Of a stretch of DNA of 64,000 nucleotides, positions 58,160-64,000 are shown piece after piece. The stretch is taken from the NCBI GenBank assembly GCA_038915165.1, contig JBCLDE010000003.1, forward strand, positions 12,008 through 76,007, in the 5' to 3' direction. Position 1 is the stretch's first letter. The number at the start of each line of letters is the position of its first letter. Source of the DNA: Candidatus Limnocylindrales bacterium. GTDB taxonomy: Bacteria > Chloroflexota > Limnocylindria > Limnocylindrales > CSP1-4. Made by a program: the position numbers and the translations under genes. The notes beneath the pieces were generated by a model, which saw nothing but the letters and a program-made list of their open reading frames with translations, made no database searches and was not told the DNA's origin.

Positions 58160-59785
58160 TCATCGACCCGCCACCTGTTCGTCATCTGCCCCTTGCTCCG
58201 AGGAGCGCACCTCCTGATCCGCCCGGGGCTGGTCCGCGATCGGCCGCGCAATCATGAACTCGGGTGGTTGGCAGGGCCCCGCGGCTCCCGGAAGCCCCCG
58301 GGTTCCCCAGAACTGGGCGACTCGTGACGTCCATGCCGCGCGGGACGAGGCGCCGAGGAGCACGCGATCAACGTCAAGGCTTGCATTTCCCTTCCTGTTG
58401 CCGAGTGGCCAGGCGGGGCTCGAACCGTAGCCGAGCGCGATTCGGGCGATGATCGCGCGGCGTAGCAGGTCGCGCCATCGATCGAGTGCGAGAAGGAATT
58501 GCTCGCCTTTCCACTCCGTGGCGTCACTGCCGGTTACCGCAGCGATCTTCTCGTCGATCTTCTCCCTCGACATCGTCGCGCCGTGGACGAAGGTGGACCG
58601 CAGCTCATACAGGATCTTCACGTCCTCGTAGATGGCTTCCGGCGGATCCTGCTCAGTGCCGAGCAGGTGAGCGGCGCGCGACCGCAGCCGAAGGGCGATA
58701 TCGTTCCGCGCGGTCCCTGCTAGGGCAGCCTCGAGCCCGACCGCAAGATCGACCGCTTGATCCACGAGCGACTGCATCGTCCCATCAAGTGAGCGCCCGA
58801 GGCGACCGAGGGCAATGGTGAGCGGCGAGTCCCATCGGCCCGGCGTCACCAGCTCATCGAGAAGCGCGACGAGGGACTCGATGCCGGGCACGACGACTTC
58901 GTCGAGCGTCACCGGTCTGTGAACGAAGCGGAAGCCCCAGTGCGGAAGCCTGGTGACGTTTGGGGGATGTGCATGAACCAGGCCAGGCTGTCCGGCGATG
59001 TCGACGAGAGCGTGGAGAGTCGACGCGGTCGCGAGTCGAATCGCCGATGTGACCAGCCAGACCCTGCGACGTGCGTGGTGCTGGAGTTCCTCGTACTTCG
59101 CCCGCCCGATCTCCTCGGCCAGCAGGAGCGCGGTCGGACCGGGCCAGGCGAAAGCGTCGGACCGAGCGATGTCGAATCCGGCCGACGGAACCTCACGCTC
59201 GACGAAGCGCTCGGCCTGATTGCCGACGCGAATGACCTTGACGCCGGCGATAGTCAGCTCTTCACCGAAGCGGTCGCCGTGACCCTCGCCCGCCTCGTGG
59301 GCGACGTCGATGTCCGACACGATCTGAACCACCTTCGCGCGGGGAAGTGCCTGGACGGTAAGCACCAGTTCGGCGACGCACTTCTGGACTGACGGGCTCT
59401 TCGGGTCGTACGCCTCGCCTGCTCTCGTGGCGGCAGCTACAGCCGCCTCGAGGAGGGCGGTCGGATAGGACCAGGGCAAGTCGATCCCGCTGTTGCGGTG
59501 TAGGTCGAAGCGGTCAGGAAGCGCCTCGGCCAGTCTCTTCGCCAGAGTCCCCTCGCTTCCCTCGATCGCCCAGCCCTCGTAGTCGGTCCCGACGCGAATC
59601 CAGCGCTCGTATCGCGACCTGGGCAGGACTCGCTCCTGCCTCAGAATGGCGAAGGAGCGAGCGAGCGCGGCCTCCGCAGCCGCCCGAATTGCCGCCTCAT
59701 CCGCCGGCGTCAGCGGGAACGGCGTTGCGATCGGATCGGTCACCTCGATCCCCTCGTTGGCTTCGGATTCGCTCGACCTTGTCAT
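58160..59785 (-). CDS. HEPN-like (Rx4H) domain protein, 541 aa, large uncharacterised N-terminal region
   Basis: C-terminal module ..AVDLAVGLEAALAG..ALRLRSRAAHLLG..IYEDVKILYELRSTFVHG.. with RSTFVH = Rx4H. Paralogous to the C-terminus of 62912..64000. Confidence 0.6.
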   Translation of the reverse strand: MTRSSESEANEGIEVTDPIATPFPLTPADEAAIRAAAEAALARSFAILRQERVLPRSRYERWIRVGTDYEGWAIEGSEGTLAKRLAEALPDRFDLHRNSGIDLPWSYPTALLEAAVAAATRAGEAYDPKSPSVQKCVAELVLTVQALPRAKVVQIVSDIDVAHEAGEGHGDRFGEELTIAGVKVIRVGNQAERFVEREVPSAGFDIARSDAFAWPGPTALLLAEEIGRAKYEELQHHARRRVWLVTSAIRLATASTLHALVDIAGQPGLVHAHPPNVTRLPHWGFRFVHRPVTLDEVVVPGIESLVALLDELVTPGRWDSPLTIALGRLGRSLDGTMQSLVDQAVDLAVGLEAALAGTARNDIALRLRSRAAHLLGTEQDPPEAIYEDVKILYELRSTFVHGATMSREKIDEKIAAVTGSDATEWKGEQFLLALDRWRDLLRRAIIARIALGYGSSPAWPLGNRKGNASLDVDRVLLGASSRAAWTSRVAQFWGTRGLPGAAGPCQPPEFMIARPIADQPRADQEVRSSEQGADDEQVAGR

Positions 59786-60101
59786 CGTCGAATGCTACCG
59801 GTCGCAGGGCTCTCGTCCACAGCCGTCCCTCCCCTCTCCACGGTCATCAACTCCTCGCTCGGACCGACGTCGACCCGCCCGTGCGAGGCGTGGGATGTTG
59901 GGTCCTCCCTGCAGGTCGGGCCCCCGTGCGCACATGACCGGCGAGGCGGCTGGTCGGGTGCCGTCGCGATACCGACACGGGGGTTCACACTCCCTCCACC
60001 ATCGCCCGATCGTGTCGTGTTCGGATAGCGTGTTCGTCGCAAGGCCCTCGACTCGGCGGACTCGACAAACGTCCGGGACCCGCCTTCTGAGCGTCGCACG
60101 C

Positions 60102-61940
60102 TCAGCGTCTGCTTGCCACGCTCCACAGTCTATCCGCCACGCTGAGGTAGTCGTCCGACCACGACAGCGCCTCGTTCTCCTCGGCCGATAGTGGGTTGCC
60201 CAGTTCCTGCCAGGCCCCCGCCAGTCGTTCCGCAATCACCGCCGCCTGACCGCCCGGCTCGGCCAGCAGGTACGTGGGAATCCCGCGCTGGCGGGCGATG
60301 TGCCACTCTTCATCGACCCCGGGCGAATGGCCGCCTCCCTCGCTGGTCCGGCCGCCGACGATCACCGCGAGGTCGGCTCGGCTTGGCTGGATCATCGCCT
60401 CCCTCATCGCGGTGAGAGAGGCTACAAGCGTGTCGCCCCTTGGCACCTCGACGACGGTCGCCTGCGCCGCCAGGGAGACGACGAACGCAGGCGTCGTGAA
60501 CCAGGCCGACTGGTAGATGGTGAGCCGCTTAGCACCGTCCTCACCGACAGTTGCCCTGGCGACCTCGAGCAGAAGTGGCGTGAAGGTGGGATGGCCGCCG
60601 AAGATGATGGCTCCGCCGAGCTCGAGCCAGCGACGGCAGACCGAGTTGACCGCAGCGATCACGCGGGGGTGGGTCCGAGGATCTGCAGGAAAGGCGCCGA
60701 GGAGAAGCAGACTCGGTCGCTCGGCGACGCTCTCTGGACTGGCTTCCGCTCTGGTCAGGTTGCCGACGTACCGCTCCGCGGATTCGACGAGCGACCACTC
60801 GTTCAGGGGCTGTGCGCGAGCCACGCCGGGCCGAAGCAGGAGCGACGCATCGAATCCTCGGCAGCCCGTCGCGTGCTCAAGATAGCCGTTGGCGCCCAGC
60901 CACCCCCTGAGCTGCTCCCAGTCCTCGGACGCTGGGCAGCGCCCGTACAGCTGCACGATATGCACCCGTCGTCGGTTGGGGTATGGGCCAATCCCATCAT
61001 CGAGCGAGACCGCGTAGATCAGCTGTCGCTGGTCCAGCGCCTGCACCTCCGCCCCGGCCGCGTCCGCCCAGCTTTTGAGACGCTCGAAGGCATGGGTGGT
61101 CGCCGAGACATGGAGCCGGACTTCGTCGAGGGCAGCATCGAGCACGTCGCGGGCGAGGTCGCCTGCCGCACCCGGGGTCCCGGCCATCAGCTGAGGCCCT
61201 CCTGCAGGGCAGACGGCCAGAGGGACGCGCCCGTCGGCCGGCCCGACCCGGATCCACACGATGGGAATATTCTGGCCCAGGGCGACGCTCAGCTCCTTCG
61301 CGATCCAGTCGGACTCCCCCGCGCGTAACGTGTCGATGAAGACGAGGACATCGGCGGTCGTGAGCTTGGCCTCGATGACGTCTTGCGCTGGGTCGCCGAC
61401 CTGGATGTCGATGAGGTCCCTGAACACGTGCTCGTGATGCACGCTGAGCTCACGATCCAGATCTGCCGCCTCGACTTCACCGTCCGCGCGCCGATATGTG
61501 ATGAACAGACGCAGGCGGTCCTTGTAGAACGTGGGCGCCACCCGAGCGAGGGCTGCGTGCGCGAACCACCGCGCCGCGATGTCGAGGCGAGTCGGGGCGT
61601 GTCCCGAGCGCCGAAGTTGTTCGGTGACGTCGAAGCTCTGGGCAGCCCCGATAGACGTCGGAGGCGCCCGGTGATCAGCGTCAAGGGCGACCGGCAGCAG
61701 CACCGCGCCAGCCGTTGCCGCCTGCTCGAGGAAGGCGTCGACATCGGGGTCCAGCGGGCCGGCGCCGATCACCAGAGCGACGCCGTCCGCCGGCCCGACG
61801 GTGCGGCCCGTTGCGGCCGCCGGGCTCGCAATCCAGGAAGTCGGGTGGAATTCGCGGAGGCGCCGGTCCGACCGCTCGAGGAACTCGCGAGCGACCGGGC
61901 CGTCCGCTCCCGTCAGGCGGGGGTCCACCAGGTACAGCAT
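60102..61940 (-). CDS. TIR-SLOG protein (ThsA-like sensor/effector lacking SIR2)
   Basis: 612 aa; GGAGA 8 nt upstream of the ATG. Central TIR ..RLFITYRRADGEVEAADLDRELS..VFRDLIDIQVGD..ADVLVFIDT..ESDWIAKELSVAL..IPIVWIRV... C-terminal SLOG-like Rossmann module ..SLLLLGAF..GGAIIFGGHPTFTP..LTIYQS..DLAVIVGGRTSEGGGHSPGVDEEWHIARQRGIPTYLLAEPGGQAAVIA... No SIR2 GAGxS motif was found. Confidence 0.7.
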   Translation of the reverse strand: MLYLVDPRLTGADGPVAREFLERSDRRLREFHPTSWIASPAAATGRTVGPADGVALVIGAGPLDPDVDAFLEQAATAGAVLLPVALDADHRAPPTSIGAAQSFDVTEQLRRSGHAPTRLDIAARWFAHAALARVAPTFYKDRLRLFITYRRADGEVEAADLDRELSVHHEHVFRDLIDIQVGDPAQDVIEAKLTTADVLVFIDTLRAGESDWIAKELSVALGQNIPIVWIRVGPADGRVPLAVCPAGGPQLMAGTPGAAGDLARDVLDAALDEVRLHVSATTHAFERLKSWADAAGAEVQALDQRQLIYAVSLDDGIGPYPNRRRVHIVQLYGRCPASEDWEQLRGWLGANGYLEHATGCRGFDASLLLRPGVARAQPLNEWSLVESAERYVGNLTRAEASPESVAERPSLLLLGAFPADPRTHPRVIAAVNSVCRRWLELGGAIIFGGHPTFTPLLLEVARATVGEDGAKRLTIYQSAWFTTPAFVVSLAAQATVVEVPRGDTLVASLTAMREAMIQPSRADLAVIVGGRTSEGGGHSPGVDEEWHIARQRGIPTYLLAEPGGQAAVIAERLAGAWQELGNPLSAEENEALSWSDDYLSVADRLWSVASRR

Positions 61941-61967
61941 CGCCCCGTCTCCGCCGACTCGTCCAGG

Positions 61968-62417
61968 CTACTTGCCCACCTTCTTAGCCGCCTTCTCGAC
62001 CCAGTCGCCGAAGTTGTTGTAGCCGTTATCGCTCACCCAATCGTAGACCGGGTACGTGCTCGGCAGGGGGTTTGGGCCGTCAGTGTCCGTGTTGCCAACC
62101 TGATCCTTGATCCGGTGAATGCGGACGCCTAGGAGCCCGTTTCCGCGGGCGATGCTCTGGGTGATCTCGTACTGAACGTACTCGCGGCGGGCTGTCTGTG
62201 CCCCGATCAGCACCGCCGTGACAGTGGTGCCTACGAGGGCACCGTCGATCATCCTCTCGATGGCTTGCTGACCCTTCTTCTTGGCCTCTTCCCAGATGCC
62301 CGCGTCGAAGAAGCCGGCGGCCTCGCGATCCGCCTTCGTCACCCAGCTGTTGCGCACGACGCTGGCCCGCCACACGTCGCGCTCGTAGTGGAAGCTGAAG
62401 AACACCCGTCTGGCCAT
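61968..62417 (-). CDS. thsB: ThsB-like TIR-domain protein (DUF1863-type)
   Basis: 149 aa from ATG 62417 (GGAGG 6 nt upstream; ORF-track start 62540 adds an Arg-rich leader). MARRVFFSFHYERDVWRASVVRNSWVTK..AGFFDAGIWEEAKKK..VTAVLIGAQTARREYVQYEITQSI..GPNPLP..YPVYDWVSDNGYNNFGDWV closely parallels my recollection of Bacillus cereus ThsB. The stop lies 27 nt before the TIR-SLOG start. Confidence 0.8.
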   Translation of the reverse strand: MARRVFFSFHYERDVWRASVVRNSWVTKADREAAGFFDAGIWEEAKKKGQQAIERMIDGALVGTTVTAVLIGAQTARREYVQYEITQSIARGNGLLGVRIHRIKDQVGNTDTDGPNPLPSTYPVYDWVSDNGYNNFGDWVEKAAKKVGK

Positions 62418-62911
62418 GACCTGCCTCCGTCCTCTGCGGCTCGGCGTCTGCCGCTTGCCGCTCGTCGCCCTGACCGTCTTGCGGACGTTGACCTTGGTCC
62501 GGTTGCCAACCGTTGCGCTTCGGGCACGGGCACGCTTCACGGGCTCGCGTATGCCTGATACCTCAAGAATCCGGTGCCAGAGTCGATTTAGCAGGCTCCG
62601 GAATGACGCGCTCGTCGGTTGCTCTCAGTCTGCGAGTAGTCCATCTACTGTAGACCATCGAGCCGCGTGTGACCTAGCTCCACCCGCGCGGGGCGCTCGA
62701 TCGCGGCTCAGGGTCATCCAGCGGAGCACCCCCCGGTGTCACCGAGAGGCAATCGTGGCGCTCTGCGCTGTGTTCGCTGCGTAGGCCACCTCAGCGGGGG
62801 CTTGGGCGTGGGTCGCCGCGGGCGCGCCGGGGGGTGCCGGGACGAACACGATCTTGCCATCGTGGCGTTCGTCGGGTTCGTCGTCTGGGGGCCAGCTGCG
62901 TCCCGCACGCG

Positions 62912-64000
62912 TTACTCGCGCGCCGCGCCTGGTGCGGCGAAGATCGATTCATCCCAATCGAAGAATGGGCTCTTGCTGCGGTTTGCCGCCGAGAGGGCGA
63001 GAGCTTGTTGGATTGCGCGACGCATGTCCCCTTCGATCGCCGAGGTGAACTCGTCGAGTGTCACAGGCTTGTGCTCGCTACTTCCCCAGGTTTCCGGCGT
63101 TGGGGTCCCACCATGGACGATGGCGCTCCGCGTGTCGTAGGCCCTGCGCATTCGCTTTGCGAGGGTCATCCGCTCGCTTGTCGTGCTGCCAAGCAGGTGG
63201 GCCGCGTGGAGTGCCAGTCGGAACCGCAGTTCCCCTCCGTGGTCCGTCATGTGCCCAAGGAATAGAGACTCGGCCGCGATCATGAGGTCGAGGAGGCGGT
63301 CGTCGGCTCGGTGACGCTCACTGGCAAAGGAGAAGCGGCGAGCCGCGTTCTCGACGTATGGGCGCCGTTGGACCCCACGCGACGCCAGGGCGGACGCCAG
63401 CGTCTCGATTCCAGGACGGTCCGCCTCGGTCACTTCATAGGTGCTGAAGCCGATGTAGCCCGGTGCGAGGAATCCTGACGTGGTGGATTGTCCAGGGCCG
63501 AGATCCACGGTGAACGACATGTAGCCGACTCCAGCGATTGCCCCGGCTCTGTGCACACGAAGCGCGACCAATCCGCGCTCGAGTTCAGCCGATGCGCGCT
63601 CGTAGTACCTACTGGGTTGCGTGCCACCCTGGAGACGCTCGAACGCCGCTGCCCCTACGACCTTCGGCAGCCTCTGACGGACGCGGATGCCCCATACGGC
63701 CGGTTCATTCTGGAAGATGGCCAGCGTTCCGATGCCTCGGACCACGCCGACGCTCAGTGATCGCGCGATCTCGGCATCGGTCAGCCGGTCAACCTCGGTC
63801 ACATCGCTCAGGACGAAGGGCGCATCGGCGGTTCCAGCGAACCCCGCCAATGGCATCAATGTGACTTGCTCCACGGTCTCGGCCGCGAACACAGCCATGA
63901 CCTCGCCAAGACGCTCATCGAACAAGTCGGCCCGGAAGTCGAACGGGCTGTGAGAATCGGAGGCGGCGGCGATCAGACTCCAAAGGAACTGCGAGATCTG
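62912..64000 (-). CDS. HEPN-like (Rx4H) domain protein; 5' end outside the window
   Basis: The track gives 337 aa from TTG 63925, but the frame stays open to nt 64000 (..QISQFLWSLIAAASDSHSPFDFRADLFDERLG..). C-terminal module ..LDLMIAAESLFLG..ELRFRLALHAAHLLG..MRRAYDTRSAIVHGG.. with RSAIVH = Rx4H. Confidence 0.6.
   Translation of the reverse strand, partial: QISQFLWSLIAAASDSHSPFDFRADLFDERLGEVMAVFAAETVEQVTLMPLAGFAGTADAPFVLSDVTEVDRLTDAEIARSLSVGVVRGIGTLAIFQNEPAVWGIRVRQRLPKVVGAAAFERLQGGTQPSRYYERASAELERGLVALRVHRAGAIAGVGYMSFTVDLGPGQSTTSGFLAPGYIGFSTYEVTEADRPGIETLASALASRGVQRRPYVENAARRFSFASERHRADDRLLDLMIAAESLFLGHMTDHGGELRFRLALHAAHLLGSTTSERMTLAKRMRRAYDTRSAIVHGGTPTPETWGSSEHKPVTLDEFTSAIEGDMRRAIQQALALSAANRSKSPFFDWDESIFAAPGAARE

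Larger units (their letters stand above)
42306..64000. mobile_element. Integrated genomic island, copy 2 (partial; continues to the right window edge)
   Basis: Contains the tRNA-derived att-like fragment, tyrosine integrase 44323..45297, XRE, a second integrase remnant, many gene fragments, and then R-M and TIR/HEPN defence genes. Spot GC counts are 34/60 at 51421-51480 and 38/60 at 62101-62160, against 42/60 at 33001-33060 (ctaD). Confidence 0.55.

Noticed and set aside
60102-61940. A canonical SIR2-SLOG ThsA, or a Macro/TM type II ThsA.
   Set aside because: There is no GAGxS-type SIR2 NAD-binding motif, no hydrophobic TM segments and no Macro-like pattern. The recognisable effector-side domain is a TIR (..FITYRRADGE..SDWIAKEL..).

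Overview
This is high-GC bacterial sequence. Spot counts give about 70% GC in core genes. The protein content looks Actinobacteria- or Chloroflexi-like, but the taxon cannot be determined here.

**Dominant structure.** 1..26027 is the exact reverse complement of 26370..52396 (x -> 52397-x). A 342-bp unique spacer separates the arms and lies inside an eroded polyamine-type ABC transporter locus. The left arm is cut by the window edge, so it may be longer.

**Arm content, from the centre outwards.**
- PotB/PotC-like remnants, a YHS-domain gene, a DksA/TraR zinc finger and a threonine dehydratase.
- CtaG and an aa3-type cytochrome c oxidase operon (ctaC-ctaD-ctaE plus a small subunit) with two fused type-1-copper cupredoxin domains.
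- A TlpA-like thioredoxin, an ABC-2 exporter pair, disrupted GcvT-like and CrtI-like genes, TetR and a cupin.
- A 46-nt tRNA-fMet 3' fragment that marks the edge of an integrated island.
- Island genes: a GIY-YIG/DUF4357-like nuclease, XRE, a tyrosine integrase, a GT87-like membrane protein, several gene fragments, a MUG/UDG-like fusion protein, an HsdR_N/DUF4357-like protein and a nuclease-methyltransferase fusion.

**Right of 52396 (single-copy in this window).**
- A specificity subunit, an HNH nuclease, more gene fragments and an alpha/beta hydrolase.
- A co-directional minus-strand defence cluster: HEPN-like / ThsB-like TIR / TIR-SLOG (ThsA-like but without SIR2) / HEPN-like. I consider this the best candidate for an undescribed system.

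**Caveat.** Many genes carry frameshifts, an in-frame TAG or internal deletions. Assembly quality versus real gene decay must be resolved before biological interpretation.
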